32,000 bases of DNA. It comes from Dickeya dadantii NCPPB 898. Lineage in GTDB: Bacteria; Pseudomonadota; Gammaproteobacteria; Enterobacterales; Enterobacteriaceae. Shown here in pieces: positions 17,997 through 27,419 of the stretch. A program made the position numbers and the translations under genes. How positions within the stretch are numbered: the first letter of the stretch is position 1; every line of letters starts with the position of its first letter. The stretch covers positions 657,260-689,259 of the forward strand of contig NZ_CM001976.1 of NCBI RefSeq assembly GCF_000406145.1, read 5' to 3'. The notes under the pieces were generated by a model. It ran no database searches. It saw only the letters and a list, made by a program, of their open reading frames with translations, and was not told the DNA's origin.

Positions 17997-20900
17997 GTAC
18001 GTGCTCCGGTATTAAATTCATTCAGGTACTCTTTAACAATCAGGCGGTTAATCTCAGTCGCTGCCTGCGCTGTCAGTGTGATATGGTGTCGCTCTTCAAA
18101 GTACTTACGCACACATGACACCATCTGTCGTTCAAAGTAACTCTCATTGTTCAGGATCTGGCTGTTGTTCAGCACTCTTTCATCGGCATCGCGCTTGACG
18201 TCAGACAGGGCTTCAAAGATTTTACGCTCCGTCGCGCCGAAGCCGCCGCGCTCCTGCAAGCGTTTGTGAGTGCGTGCATACTTGGCATCGCCCCGGTACT
18301 TCTGGCGCAGCAGGGTGTTCTGGCGGTTCAGCTCTTTGATGCGGTCATGGATTTTATTGAGTGTGCCAATATTCGCAACCATTTCATCCTGGGTGACTTC
18401 GCTGAGTTTCTTTTTCTTAAACAGGCGCTCCAGCTCTTCCCTCAGGGTGATGAACTGCGGGTCTTGCTGGTCAAAATTGCTGGCCAGCGCTTCGCGGGTG
18501 CGGCGCAGCGTGTCTTTCAGCTTGTCGGCCAGCACCAGTTCTTCTTCGCCGATTTTAACGAACCTGAAGATAACCTCTTCCAGCGCCCGGTTCAGCAGGT
18601 TTGTGGTATCGGTGCCTTGCTCCAGGTCCGCCTGTAGATTCAGCAGGTCAAGATGATGACTGGCTTCACGGTACAACAGGTTAAGTTTGCTGAAATCCAG
18701 CGCCTGAAGAAATTCGACATTACCTTGCAGGCGAATCAGGTTATACAGGCTTTTGGCATTGGCTAAGGCGTTTTTCAGCGCCAGCATCGTTTGCCGGTCC
18801 TGAATCTGGTTAATTTGGTCGGTAAAGATTTCCGCATTGTCGGTATCAAAATGGAACAACACATCTTTGATCTGTTCGATTTCCTGGCGGATCTCTTCCT
18901 GAGATTTGAACAGCCGGGAATAGTGCGCCATTTCGTCGCCCAGTTCGGACTGAAGCTCCTCGAAATAGGCTTTATTGGTGGCATCGAATTCCTGACGAAT
19001 ATCGGCAAAATCCACCACGTAGCCGTAGCGGAAATGTTTGTATCTGCGGTTGACGCGAGTCAGCGCCTGGAGCAGGTTGTGCCTGCGGATGACTCGCCCC
19101 AGATAGAGCTTTTTCAGGCGCTTTGCGTCAAAACCGGTTAGCAACATGTTGTAAACAAACAGTAAATCGATTTTCCCCGCCTTGAACTCATCCACCCAGT
19201 CTTTGCGTTGCTGCTTCGTTCCCACATCGTGCAGGATCAACGCCGCCCGTTTGATGTTGCGTTTTTCCCGGGCGGCGACGACATAGGCGATGTGCGGTTC
19301 AGCGGCGTGTGGCGAGGCTGTCTCGCTTTGCGCTTGCTGTGTGGCGGGCGGTAGCGCATCGCCCACGTTATTCGCGCTAAACAGGGCAAACATCTGTTTC
19401 GCCTGCTCCGCGCTGTCGCAGATCACCATCGCGCCGATGGTGTTATCATTGTGCGCGCCCCGGCTGTTGGCAAAATCGGTGATGATGTAGTCCAGCATAG
19501 GTTTAACGAAGCTTACGTGGGCATACACCCGTTTACGGTCCACATCCCCCATTCTGACTTCAACGTCTTTCAACGCCTGTTGTAGCACCATGCGGTAATT
19601 GGTGGCGATCTCTTCGCGGATCAGTCGCAAGGTATAACCGTCTGCGATGGAGGCGTTGTAATAGTATTTGTGGATGTAATCGCCAAACAGGTCGCGGGAG
19701 TTGTAGTCGGTTCCCAGTAACGGCGTTCCCGTCAGGCCGATTTTGATGGCGTGGGTGTCTGACTGGCTTAAGTTGGCAAGAAAGCTGCCTTCCGGGTTGT
19801 AACTGCGGTGGACTTCATCAAGGAAGTACACCCGCTGAATGTTCACATCGTAATCTTTGGTGGCGATGACATCCGCGTCGTCTTTAAATTTCTGGATGTT
19901 GACGACGGTAATCTCCGCTTTCCCCTGATGATTGTGGATCACCTGCGTGGTTTTAATCGCGCGGGCGAAAGCGCTGCGTGAGTTGATAAGATGTACGATT
20001 AACCCACGGGCGGTGAATTCGCGGTGTGCCTGCTGGAGTAAATCCAGCCTGTCGACAATGAAATAAAACTTCGGGATCACCTGCTTTTTCTGAAAGTAAT
20101 CCGTCAGGAAGCGCACGTTATAGTATGCCAGCGCGGTTTTCCCGCTGCCCTGCGTATGCCAGATAATGCCTTTGTTGATACCGGCATTCAGTTTGCGCGC
20201 AATCGCCTTGGTGGCGAACAACTGCGGATAACGCATGATGTGTTTGTGCAGGCCGTCTGACTCGGTGACATACACCAGCGCATAGCGCAGGATAAACGCC
20301 AGCCGTTCCCGGCTCAGCAATGAGGTACAGATGCGATTCGTCGGCCGGTTATAATCTTTATTGGTTTGAAATTCAGGGCTGGTACGAATCACTTCCAGAT
20401 TATTGTCTTTCAGTACTTTCAGTTCCGCGTCATCCGTTAGTGGTTTTAGCAGCGCGGTCAGATCAAAGGTTTCTTCTTCACGGAAGTAATTGAACACCGG
20501 TTCATGGTACGAACTGCTGGCATAGAAAGCCCCCTGAATCGGTTCGGGATCGCTGTCATCGTATTCCATGTTATTGGAGAAGATCATGAACTGGGTGATG
20601 TTGGCGAAGCGTCTGAATTTGGGGTTCTGAAAGCGTTTACTGATACGTTCCCGTTCCGCCAGAATACCTTCCCGGTTATTGGGCTTCTTCACTTCAATGA
20701 AAACCAACGGCATTCCATTGATCAATAACGTGATGTCGGGGCGGAATTCTTCATCGCCATTAGCGCAGGTGAGCTCGGTGACCACATGAAAGCTGTTGTT
20801 GTTAAAATTTTCGAAGTCGATCAATTTTATGTTGGCGCGGTCAGTCAGCTTTTCAAAAAAGGCACGGCCTAAATCTTCGTTATCCAGCAGGAGCCTGATG

Positions 20901-21094
20901 TCTTTAAACAGGCGAGCAATATCGTCAGGGGGAAGGGTGGGGTTAATTCTGGCGATAGCGGAAGTAAAAATATCAGGAAAGATGTTGGTGTCTTTATCCC
21001 AGCTTTGCTCTTTAAGCGACAGGTAGTGGTAACCCAGTTTCATTAAATGAAGGAGGGTTGGGATTTTAACGCGGGTATCTTCAGTGAATTTCAT
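17990..21094 (-). CDS. hsdR: Type I restriction endonuclease/translocase subunit HsdR
   Basis: 1034 aa. The N-terminal PD-(D/E)xK nuclease is present (RPDITLL...FIEVKK). SF2 motor motifs are present: TQGSGKT (I), FLDEVHRS (II, DEAH-type), LTGTPL (III), LLTGFDAKRL (V), and QALTRVNR (VI). All motifs are intact. Confidence 0.95.
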   Translation of the reverse strand: MKFTEDTRVKIPTLLHLMKLGYHYLSLKEQSWDKDTNIFPDIFTSAIARINPTLPPDDIARLFKDIRLLLDNEDLGRAFFEKLTDRANIKLIDFENFNNNSFHVVTELTCANGDEEFRPDITLLINGMPLVFIEVKKPNNREGILAERERISKRFQNPKFRRFANITQFMIFSNNMEYDDSDPEPIQGAFYASSSYHEPVFNYFREEETFDLTALLKPLTDDAELKVLKDNNLEVIRTSPEFQTNKDYNRPTNRICTSLLSRERLAFILRYALVYVTESDGLHKHIMRYPQLFATKAIARKLNAGINKGIIWHTQGSGKTALAYYNVRFLTDYFQKKQVIPKFYFIVDRLDLLQQAHREFTARGLIVHLINSRSAFARAIKTTQVIHNHQGKAEITVVNIQKFKDDADVIATKDYDVNIQRVYFLDEVHRSYNPEGSFLANLSQSDTHAIKIGLTGTPLLGTDYNSRDLFGDYIHKYYYNASIADGYTLRLIREEIATNYRMVLQQALKDVEVRMGDVDRKRVYAHVSFVKPMLDYIITDFANSRGAHNDNTIGAMVICDSAEQAKQMFALFSANNVGDALPPATQQAQSETASPHAAEPHIAYVVAAREKRNIKRAALILHDVGTKQQRKDWVDEFKAGKIDLLFVYNMLLTGFDAKRLKKLYLGRVIRRHNLLQALTRVNRRYKHFRYGYVVDFADIRQEFDATNKAYFEELQSELGDEMAHYSRLFKSQEEIRQEIEQIKDVLFHFDTDNAEIFTDQINQIQDRQTMLALKNALANAKSLYNLIRLQGNVEFLQALDFSKLNLLYREASHHLDLLNLQADLEQGTDTTNLLNRALEEVIFRFVKIGEEELVLADKLKDTLRRTREALASNFDQQDPQFITLREELERLFKKKKLSEVTQDEMVANIGTLNKIHDRIKELNRQNTLLRQKYRGDAKYARTHKRLQERGGFGATERKIFEALSDVKRDADERVLNNSQILNNESYFERQMVSCVRKYFEERHHITLTAQAATEINRLIVKEYLNEFNTGARTW

Positions 21095-21364
21095 CGTATT
21101 CCCTGTTTTATCATGCGCGACTGTTCGGGCGTATTTGCTCAGGCCATGCGGCAGCTATCGCCTCAGAATGATTGGCAACAATGCTTGCTTAGTATCGCTG
21201 CTATGTTACACGTTCCTTTTACGCCCACGAACAGATTCGTATGCCTTTGCCTGCAAGCAACGACCGGGCAGACAAACCCGAGGTCAGTCCGCCATTTCAC
21301 ATGATCGGCAACGAGAAGGAAACCACCGGAAAAGGAAACCGCCGCAAGATGATAAGGAGAGCCG

Positions 21365-21808
21365 TTACCCCAGCGGCAGCGCCATAATGATCGCGTCTTC
21401 CCGGCCGCCGGCGGTCGGGTAATAATCCCGCCGTACCGACACCTCGTTAAACCCCATGCTCTGATACAGCGCGATGGCGCGCGTGTTGGACGCGCGCACT
21501 TCCAACCACAGCGTCAGCATGCCGCGGTGCTCCAGTTCGGCGATCAGGTGTTCCAGCAACTGGCGCCCGTAGCCGTGGCGCTGATATGTCGGGTCGACGG
21601 CGATGTTGAACAGCGTGGCTTCATCCAGCACTACCTGAGTAATGGCGTACGCCACTAACTGCTGGTCGTGGCACAGTTTCAGGTTGAGGTAACGCTCGCC
21701 CTGATTGCTGATGAAGGTTTTTTCGCTCCACGGAAAAGCGTGGCTGAGGCATTCAATCTCAAACGCCCGCGGCAGGTCAGCCGTGGTCAGGGTGGAAATC
21801 ATGTTCAT
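21365..21808 (-). CDS. rimI: Ribosomal-protein-S18-alanine N-acetyltransferase
   Basis: 147 aa. The run MNMISTLTTADLP...FPWSEKTF..NQGERYLNLKL...ATLFNIAVDP..Q is colinear with E. coli RimI. Its start overlaps the holD 3' end by 32 nt. Confidence 0.95.
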   Translation of the reverse strand: MNMISTLTTADLPRAFEIECLSHAFPWSEKTFISNQGERYLNLKLCHDQQLVAYAITQVVLDEATLFNIAVDPTYQRHGYGRQLLEHLIAELEHRGMLTLWLEVRASNTRAIALYQSMGFNEVSVRRDYYPTAGGREDAIIMALPLG

Positions 21809-22199
21809 GGTGACAAATCTGCTGCCACAGGGCGCGTTTCGCCCCGGCGTTGTGAGAAAGCTCGGCCAGAGCCGGGCTGGTCAATTGTACGCCATCCAAC
21901 GCCAGCGCATCGGTGACGGGCTGCCCCAGCCACCAGCTGTGGCAGCGGGTGTGTTCCGGCAGCATCTGCGCCTGACGCGGCGTCAGGCCGACTATCTGCT
22001 GCGGGGAGAGATTCAGGCTGCGCAGGACGTCCTGCAATAGCGGGTCGTCGCTGGCGGGCAGCGGATGATCGGCGATGATCAGCAGCCGGGCGTCAGGCGG
22101 CAGGCTGACGGCGATCTCGCCTTTCAGCACCGACGGACGACGCAAGGTCCACTGGGTGATCCCCAGTTGCTGCAACAGCCAGTCCCGTCTTGATGTCAT
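21777..22199 (-). CDS. holD: DNA polymerase III psi subunit
   Basis: 140 aa. MTSRRDWLLQQLGITQWTLRRP... closely resembles the E. coli HolD N-terminus. Confidence 0.93.
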   Translation of the reverse strand: MTSRRDWLLQQLGITQWTLRRPSVLKGEIAVSLPPDARLLIIADHPLPASDDPLLQDVLRSLNLSPQQIVGLTPRQAQMLPEHTRCHSWWLGQPVTDALALDGVQLTSPALAELSHNAGAKRALWQQICHHEHDFHPDHG

Positions 22200-22345
22200 G
22201 CCTTACTCACTCTGCGTGCGATGGTGGTGCCCGATGATCATGATGATCGCGGTGCACGATTGTGCGGCGCTATGCTAACAAATCGCTGAACATGCGCCAA
22301 CAAACCACTATAATCCTCGCTCAGTTTATTGAGGAGCTAGACCTG

Positions 22346-23374
22346 ATGTCAGCATTAACCCCCGCCAGTGAAGTGATACTGCGCCACAGTGATGAATTTG
22401 TTTCCCGTCGGGTGCTGTTTGCCGGCGATCTGCAAGATACGCTGCCCGCCAATTTTGATGCAGCCGCCGTCACCGTGCACACTACGCAGTATCATCACTG
22501 GCAGCAGTTGCAGCCCGTACTGGGCGACAACGTGCACTTCTCGCTGCTGGCACAGGCTGAAACCGTAGCCGGGTGCGACACCCTGATTTACTACTGGCCG
22601 AAAAGCAAACAGGAAGCGCAGTTCCAGCTGTCCAATCTGTTGTCGCTGTTGCCGGTTGGGTGCGACATTTTCGTCGTCGGCGAGAACCGCAGCGGGGTCC
22701 GCAGCGCCGAAGGTATCCTGGAGCCGATCGCCGCCGTCAACAAGATCGACAGCGCCCGCCGCTGCGGCCTGTACCACGGTCGTCTGGAAGCGCCGTCCGC
22801 ATTTGCGCTGGAGGATTGGTGGCTGGAGTATGACGTGGATGGCGTACCGGTACACACGCTGCCGGGCGTATTCAGCCGCGAGGGTCTGGACACCGGCAGC
22901 CAGTTGCTGCTTTCGACGCTGGAACCGCATCGCAAGGGTAAGGTGCTGGATCTCGCCTGCGGCGCCGGGGTGCTGGCGGCATCGTTTGCCCGCCTGTCGC
23001 CGAAAATCCGCCTGACGCTAAGCGATGTCGGCGCCGCCGCGCTGGAAGCGAGCCGGTCGACGCTGGCGGCCAACGGCCTGGAAGGGCAGGTGATCGCCAG
23101 CAACGCCTACTCGGATATTCAGGGACGTTTTGATCTCATCATCTCCAACCCGCCGTTCCATGATGGCATGCAGACTAGCCTGCACGCAGCGGAAGTGATG
23201 ATTCGCGGCGCCGCCTCTCATCTGAACATCGAAGGCGAACTGCGTATCGTCGCCAACGCCTTTCTGCCGTATCCGGCGCTGCTGGATGAAACCTTCGGTA
23301 GCCATGAAGTTATCGCCCAGACCGGTCGTTTCCGCGTTTATCGCGCGATACTGCGCCGTAATAAGCACCGTTAA
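22346..23374 (+). CDS. rsmC: 16S rRNA (guanine1207-N2)-methyltransferase
   Basis: ATG 22346 has a gaggag SD 9 nt upstream and gives 342 aa starting [18 protein letters not shown], as in E. coli RsmC (MSAFTPASEVLLRHSDDF). The NPPFH catalytic motif and the [10 protein letters not shown] AdoMet motif are present. The track start at 22262 is over-extended. Confidence 0.93.
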   Translation: MSALTPASEVILRHSDEFVSRRVLFAGDLQDTLPANFDAAAVTVHTTQYHHWQQLQPVLGDNVHFSLLAQAETVAGCDTLIYYWPKSKQEAQFQLSNLLSLLPVGCDIFVVGENRSGVRSAEGILEPIAAVNKIDSARRCGLYHGRLEAPSAFALEDWWLEYDVDGVPVHTLPGVFSREGLDTGSQLLLSTLEPHRKGKVLDLACGAGVLAASFARLSPKIRLTLSDVGAAALEASRSTLAANGLEGQVIASNAYSDIQGRFDLIISNPPFHDGMQTSLHAAEVMIRGAASHLNIEGELRIVANAFLPYPALLDETFGSHEVIAQTGRFRVYRAILRRNKHR

Positions 23375-23380
23375 CCGAGT

Positions 23381-23400
23381 CGCCCGGTTTTCACCGGGCG
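23381..23400. terminator. Hairpin between convergent rsmC and the aldo-keto reductase gene
   Basis: Perfect 8-bp stem cgcccggt/accgggcg with a tttc loop. There is no flanking T or A run, so its function as a terminator is uncertain. Confidence 0.45.
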
Positions 23401-23411
23401 CGATGCTGTAC

Positions 23412-24407
23412 TCAGGCGTTATCAAGCGTCGCCATGCCTTCCTGTCCGTAGCGCGCGCCCGCGGCTGCCTCCGGCGGGAAGATGGCGTTAATGTCATCCA
23501 GCTCGCGTGGCGTCAGGGATACCGACAGCGTGCCGACATTTTCCTCCAGATAGCGACGACGTTTGGTGCCGGGAATCGGCACGATGTGCTCGCCCTGTGC
23601 CAGTACCCAGGCCAGCGCCAACTGCGATGGCGTTACCGCTTTTTCCTGCGCCAGTTGCGTAATTTTGTCCACCAGTTGCAGGTTTTTAGCGAAGTTCTCG
23701 TCGCTGAAGCGCGGGTTGGCGCGTCGGAAGTCGTTCGCGGGCAGGGCGTCCCGCTGTTTGATGGCGCCGGTCAGAAAACCGCGTCCCAGCGGGCTGTAAG
23801 GCACAAAGCCGATGCCCAGACGGCGGCAGGCGGGCAGGATCTCCGCTTCCACATCCCGCGTCCACAATGAGTATTCGCTTTGCAGCGCGGTGATAGGGTG
23901 AACGCGGTGCGCGCGCTCCAGCGTGGCGGCGGAGGCTTCGCTCAGGCCGATATAACGAATCTTGCCGGCTTTAACCAGCAGGCCCAGCGCGCCGACGCTG
24001 TCCTCAATCGGCACCGCCGGATCGACGCGGTGCTGGTAATAAAGATCGATGACCTCGACGCCCAGTCGTTTCAGGCTGCCTTCGACCGCCTGGCGGATAT
24101 AATCCGGCCGGCCGCAGACGCCACGCAGGTTCGGGTTGGCCGGGTCGCGCAGAATGCCGAATTTGGTGGCCAGAAACACCTGATCCCGCTTGCCTTTGAT
24201 CGCCTTTCCCACCAGCATTTCATTGGTGTGGGGGCCGTACATGTCGGCGGTGTCCAGCAGGGTGACGCCCAGTTCCAGCGCTCGATGCAGGGTGGCGATG
24301 GCTTCGGTTTCATCCTGCCCGGGAGAATAGAAATCGCTCATCCCCATGCAGCCGAGGCCCAGTGCCGATACCGTTGGCCCCTGTGGGCCTAGTTTTCGCT
24401 GTTGCAT
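23412..24407 (-). CDS. Aldo/keto reductase family oxidoreductase
   Basis: 331 aa. [27 protein letters not shown]...[13 protein letters not shown]...ATKFG... are typical AKR signature regions. The gene is divergent from a LysR regulator. Confidence 0.9.
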   Translation of the reverse strand: MQQRKLGPQGPTVSALGLGCMGMSDFYSPGQDETEAIATLHRALELGVTLLDTADMYGPHTNEMLVGKAIKGKRDQVFLATKFGILRDPANPNLRGVCGRPDYIRQAVEGSLKRLGVEVIDLYYQHRVDPAVPIEDSVGALGLLVKAGKIRYIGLSEASAATLERAHRVHPITALQSEYSLWTRDVEAEILPACRRLGIGFVPYSPLGRGFLTGAIKQRDALPANDFRRANPRFSDENFAKNLQLVDKITQLAQEKAVTPSQLALAWVLAQGEHIVPIPGTKRRRYLEENVGTLSVSLTPRELDDINAIFPPEAAAGARYGQEGMATLDNA

Positions 24408-24491
24408 GTTTATTACTCCGTGTTGTTAACCGCGCTTTTCAGTGTGGTTGTTTGAATCAAAAAGATAAATTCGCGGTTTTATGCAACACTG

Positions 24492-24506
24492 TTTGTAAAA
24501 TACAAA
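24492..24506. promoter_or_regulatory. LysR-type T-N11-A palindrome in the AKR/LysR divergent region
   Basis: tttgta-aaa-tacaaa is a perfect 6-bp inverted repeat. It lies 15 nt upstream of the regulator start codon. Confidence 0.4.
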
Positions 24507-24520
24507 CAATGGAGCCGGCG

Positions 24521-25423
24521 ATGGATCAGGTTCAGGCTATGCGGGTGTTTGTGCGCATTGTGGAAGCTGAAAGCTTCAGCCGGGCGGCGGAAAAACTGGG
24601 GCTGCCACGCGCCACCGTCAGCCAGACGCTGAAACGGCTGGAGCTGCGGCTGGGAGTGCGTCTGTTGCAACGCACCACCCGTCAGGTGCAGGTGACGGAC
24701 GAAGGCATGCTGTACTACCAGCGCTGCGTGCAGTTACTGGCGGAAATTGAGGAAACGGACGCGCTGTTTTCCCGCCAGCGTCAGCAGCCCAGCGGGCGGG
24801 TGCGGATTGATATGCCGCATTCGCTGGCCCGGCAGGTGGTGATTCCGTCGTTGCCCGAGTTTTACCGCCGCTACCCGCAGATTTCGCTGGTGCTGAGCGC
24901 CAACGATTCAGCGATTAACGTGATGCGTGAAGGTGTGGATTGCGTGCTGCGCGCCTGGCAGGTGGATGATGACTCGCTGGTGGCGCGTTCGCTGCCGTCG
25001 CTGCCGCAGGTCACCTGCGCTTCAGTCGCTTATTGTGCCGAATTCGGCGTGCCCGACACGCTGGAGGCGCTGATGTCCCACCGTATGGTGGGCTATTTTT
25101 CGCTGCGCACATCGCATCGCTACCCGCTGGAGTTCATGCAGCAGGGGCAAATCATCACCCGCACTTTGCCCAGTCTGGTGGAAATCAACGGCGCCGATGC
25201 CTATATCGCCGCCTGTCAGGCCGGAATGGGGATTATTCAGGCGCCTCGCTACGGCCTGGTACCGCTGCTGTCGAGCGGCGAACTGGTGGAGATCCTGCCG
25301 CAGTTGCCGCCGCCCGATATGCCGCTGTATGTGATGTATCCCTCCGGGCGCTTTCTGGCGCCGCGCATCCGGGTGGTTATCGAGTGGCTTGCGCAATGCT
25401 TCCAGCAGGCACCGTTTGTCTGA
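24521..25423 (+). CDS. LysR-family transcriptional regulator
   Basis: ATG 24521 has a ggag SD 6 nt upstream and gives 300 aa starting MDQVQAMRVFVRIVEAESFSRAAEKLGLPRATVSQTLKRLE, a LysR wHTH domain. The track start at 24362 overlaps the AKR gene and adds non-homologous residues. Confidence 0.88.
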   Translation: MDQVQAMRVFVRIVEAESFSRAAEKLGLPRATVSQTLKRLELRLGVRLLQRTTRQVQVTDEGMLYYQRCVQLLAEIEETDALFSRQRQQPSGRVRIDMPHSLARQVVIPSLPEFYRRYPQISLVLSANDSAINVMREGVDCVLRAWQVDDDSLVARSLPSLPQVTCASVAYCAEFGVPDTLEALMSHRMVGYFSLRTSHRYPLEFMQQGQIITRTLPSLVEINGADAYIAACQAGMGIIQAPRYGLVPLLSSGELVEILPQLPPPDMPLYVMYPSGRFLAPRIRVVIEWLAQCFQQAPFV

Positions 25424-25468
25424 ATGCTGTTTTTTACAGCAAACGCTGATACAAGATGGAAATAATGA

Positions 25469-25504
25469 TTGACGCCGGTGCGAAAATCTCTAGAATTCGC
25501 CTCC
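25469..25504 (+). promoter_or_regulatory. Stable-RNA-type sigma70 promoter of the tRNA-Leu operon
   Basis: -35 TTGACG (25469-25474), a 16-nt spacer, and -10 TAGAAT (25491-25496). A GC-rich discriminator tcgcctcc follows. An AT-rich UP-like stretch lies upstream. The promoter is about 40 nt before the first tRNA. Confidence 0.6.
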
Positions 25505-25539
25505 GTGGTGACATTGTGTGACGTAATGTTGCTTGGTTT

Positions 25540-25625
25540 GCGAAGGTGGCGGAATTGGTAGACGCGCTAGCTTCAGGTGTTAGTGTCCTTCGGACGTGAG
25601 GGTTCAAGTCCCTCTCTTCGCACCA
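25540..25625 (+). tRNA. tRNA-Leu (anticodon CAG), copy 1
   Basis: 86 nt, GCGAAGGTGGCGGAATTGGTAGACGCGCTAGCTTCAGGTGTTAGTG...TTCAAGTCC...CGCACCA. It has the long variable arm typical of class II tRNAs, an encoded CCA end, and an anticodon loop ttCAGgt. It resembles the E. coli leuQPV tRNA. Confidence 0.97.
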
Positions 25626-25657
25626 AAATCACCACAGATTTGTATTTCACAGTACCT

Positions 25658-25743
25658 GCGAAGGTGGCGGAATTGGTAGACGCGCTAGCTTCAGGTGTTA
25701 GTGTCCTTCGGACGTGAGGGTTCAAGTCCCTCTCTTCGCACCA
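25658..25743 (+). tRNA. tRNA-Leu (anticodon CAG), copy 2
   Basis: Identical 86-nt sequence to copy 1, after a 32-nt spacer. Confidence 0.97.
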
Positions 25744-25798
25744 CTGGGATACAAATCAAAGCCTTGTAGTAGCAAAACCGAATATTGTAGTAAACAGT

Positions 25799-25884
25799 GC
25801 GAAGGTGGCGGAATTGGTAGACGCGCTAGCTTCAGGTGTTAGTGTCCTTCGGACGTGAGGGTTCAAGTCCCTCTCTTCGCACCA
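25799..25884 (+). tRNA. tRNA-Leu (anticodon CAG), copy 3
   Basis: Identical 86-nt sequence to copies 1 and 2, after a 55-nt spacer. Confidence 0.97.
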
Positions 25885-25995
25885 ATCTCCTCATCCTTAT
25901 TCTTTTTTCCAGCACCGCAATTTTCCTCGCTTATAAAATCAACGGCGTGTTTCTTCCCTCTGGTTTTAGTGTGTTATGCCCGTTCAGGGTAGGCG

Positions 25996-26292
25996 TTACC
26001 ATCCCTTTAGCGTAAGCGACAGCGCCGCCAGGCCGCCTGCCAGCGCAATACAGGACGGCAGCAGCAGATAGTGACGCATACGTCGGTGAAACAGCATGCT
26101 CAACGTGAGCAGCATCGCCAGCGCGCAGATGTACTTCAGATGGGTCAGATTCAGCTCCGGCAGGGCCAGCAACGGCATCAGCGCCGCCGGCAGTAGAACG
26201 CCCCAGGCGCTGGACAGACGTTTGCCAAAATACCAGCTTATTCCCCATAGCCCGCAGGCGGCGATCATGGCGGTCAGCATTGTGGCTTCCAT
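25996..26292 (-). CDS. Small inner-membrane protein (about 90-98 aa, 3 predicted TM segments)
   Basis: Hydrophobic segments are separated by basic loops (FGKR, FHRRMRH). The start is uncertain among Met1 (26292, no SD), Met5 (26280, ggaag SD) and Met9. It lies convergent to the tRNA-Leu operon, where E. coli carries the small gene yjjZ. That equivalence is positional inference only. Confidence 0.55.
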   Translation of the reverse strand: MEATMLTAMIAACGLWGISWYFGKRLSSAWGVLLPAALMPLLALPELNLTHLKYICALAMLLTLSMLFHRRMRHYLLLPSCIALAGGLAALSLTLKGW

Positions 26293-26364
26293 TGTTGATA
26301 ATGATAACTAATATCATATATCAGATTTGCCGCTATACAACCGGTGCCGCGTGATTTTTGTATT

Positions 26365-26394
26365 ACCTGCCGTTTGACGACGGCAGGTTTTTTT
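26365..26394 (+). terminator. Strong plus-strand rho-independent terminator with no upstream plus-strand gene
   Basis: Perfect 9-bp stem acctgccgt/acggcaggt (26365-26373 with 26380-26388), a 6-nt loop, and a T7 run to 26394. On the minus strand the hairpin is followed by aauacaaaaauc, which has no U-tract. It is therefore oriented for plus-strand transcripts. Confidence 0.75.
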
Positions 26395-26408
26395 ACGCCC
26401 GCAGAGGG

Positions 26409-27302
26409 TCAGGTGTTGTGCAGATAGCCGCGTACCAGTTGCAGCATGTTCAGCAGCGTGGCGGAGCGGTCATGTTTGCGCCAGATTACGGCAATCTGTG
26501 TGGTGAGGTGCGGCGTGTTGGTGTCGTGATAGGTCACGTTGCCGGTCTGGATGCTGGACAGCGATTCAGGAACAAAGGTGACGCCAAAACCAGACGCCAC
26601 CATGCTGATGGTGGCGGTGATATGCGGCGCCAGCGGATTGATTTGGGGCTGGTAGCCCGACAGATAGCAGGCGCGGATAATCAGGTCGTGCAGACTGGGG
26701 CAAAGTTCGCGCGGAAAGATGATCAACGGTTCCTGCCGCAACTGCCCCAGATTGATTTGCGTTTGATCGCTGAACGGATGGTTTTCCGGCAGCACCAGCC
26801 GCATCGGCTCGTCCGCCAGTAATTCGCCTTCAAACTCCTCGCCGATATCGCATGGCAGGCGTACAAACGCGATGTCGGTGGTGCGATTACGCAGGCTCTC
26901 CAGAATCTCATAAATATGTTCTTCACGCGGCTGCAGCCGGACGTTGGGATACTGCTGCCGATAGCGGCGCAGCAGCGCCAGTACCGCCGGGTGGAAGGTG
27001 ACTGCGCAGGAGAAGCCGACATTGATCGCGCCGCTTTCCCCGCGGGCGATGCTGCGTACTCTCTCCACGGCCGAATCGGCCAGTTCCAGAATATGACTGG
27101 CGTCCTGATACAGCGCTTCGCCAGCCTCCGTCATTTCCACGCCACGGGTCAGCCGCTTGAACAGCGGCGTCCCAATTTCCCGCTCAAGTTTTTGAATCTG
27201 TTGGCTTAACGGCGGCTGTGATATGCCGAGAATTTCCGCCGCGCGGGTGAAATGCCGGGTTGAGGCCACTGCGACAAAATAGCGCAGGTAACGTAATTCC
27301 AT
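26409..27302 (-). CDS. budR: LysR-family activator of the acetoin/butanediol operon
   Basis: ATG 27302 gives 297 aa starting MELRYLRYFVAVASTRHFTRAAEILGISQPPLSQQIQKLE. The gene is divergent from budA-budB, as in the Klebsiella budR/budABC arrangement. The track start at 27329 adds 9 residues. Confidence 0.88.
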   Translation of the reverse strand: MELRYLRYFVAVASTRHFTRAAEILGISQPPLSQQIQKLEREIGTPLFKRLTRGVEMTEAGEALYQDASHILELADSAVERVRSIARGESGAINVGFSCAVTFHPAVLALLRRYRQQYPNVRLQPREEHIYEILESLRNRTTDIAFVRLPCDIGEEFEGELLADEPMRLVLPENHPFSDQTQINLGQLRQEPLIIFPRELCPSLHDLIIRACYLSGYQPQINPLAPHITATISMVASGFGVTFVPESLSSIQTGNVTYHDTNTPHLTTQIAVIWRKHDRSATLLNMLQLVRGYLHNT

Positions 27303-27419
27303 ATATTTTCGATCTCCAAACGGCCACATCTCTGTATTGGAACTTTGGTGTGACGAAGGTCAATATTCAAGGGAAACATTAAATAAATTTAAGTTGATCA
27401 TCGTCAGAAGGGAATGGAT

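Noticed and set aside
19285-19385. GC-rich low-complexity segment inside hsdR (NNVGDALPPATQQAQSETASPHAAEPH), considered as a foreign in-frame insertion
   Set aside because: It lies at the start of the second RecA-like lobe. Other HsdR proteins (for example EcoR124I, as I recall) also carry a variable linker there. The frame and flanking motifs are intact, and nothing suggests a separate element.
16359-21094. Extra defence gene (prrC/rloC-type anticodon nuclease, Abi, etc.) embedded in the hsd operon
   Set aside because: hsdR/hsdM and hsdM/hsdS overlap by 7 and 11 nt, leaving no room. No additional ORF with coding character is present on either strand.
21095-21364. 270-bp hsdR-rimI spacer examined for small genes, att-like repeats or ncRNA
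   Set aside because: I found only a short imperfect direct repeat (aggaaaccaccgg / aggaaaccgccg). There is no ORF with an SD and no strong hairpin. It most simply holds the hsd promoter and the rimI 3' end.
25885-26000. tRNA-Leu-linked genomic island (integrase or att direct repeat) downstream of the third tRNA
   Set aside because: No integrase or recombinase gene lies anywhere to the right. I could not find a second copy of the tRNA 3' end (…ttcaagtccctctcttcgcacca) in the window.
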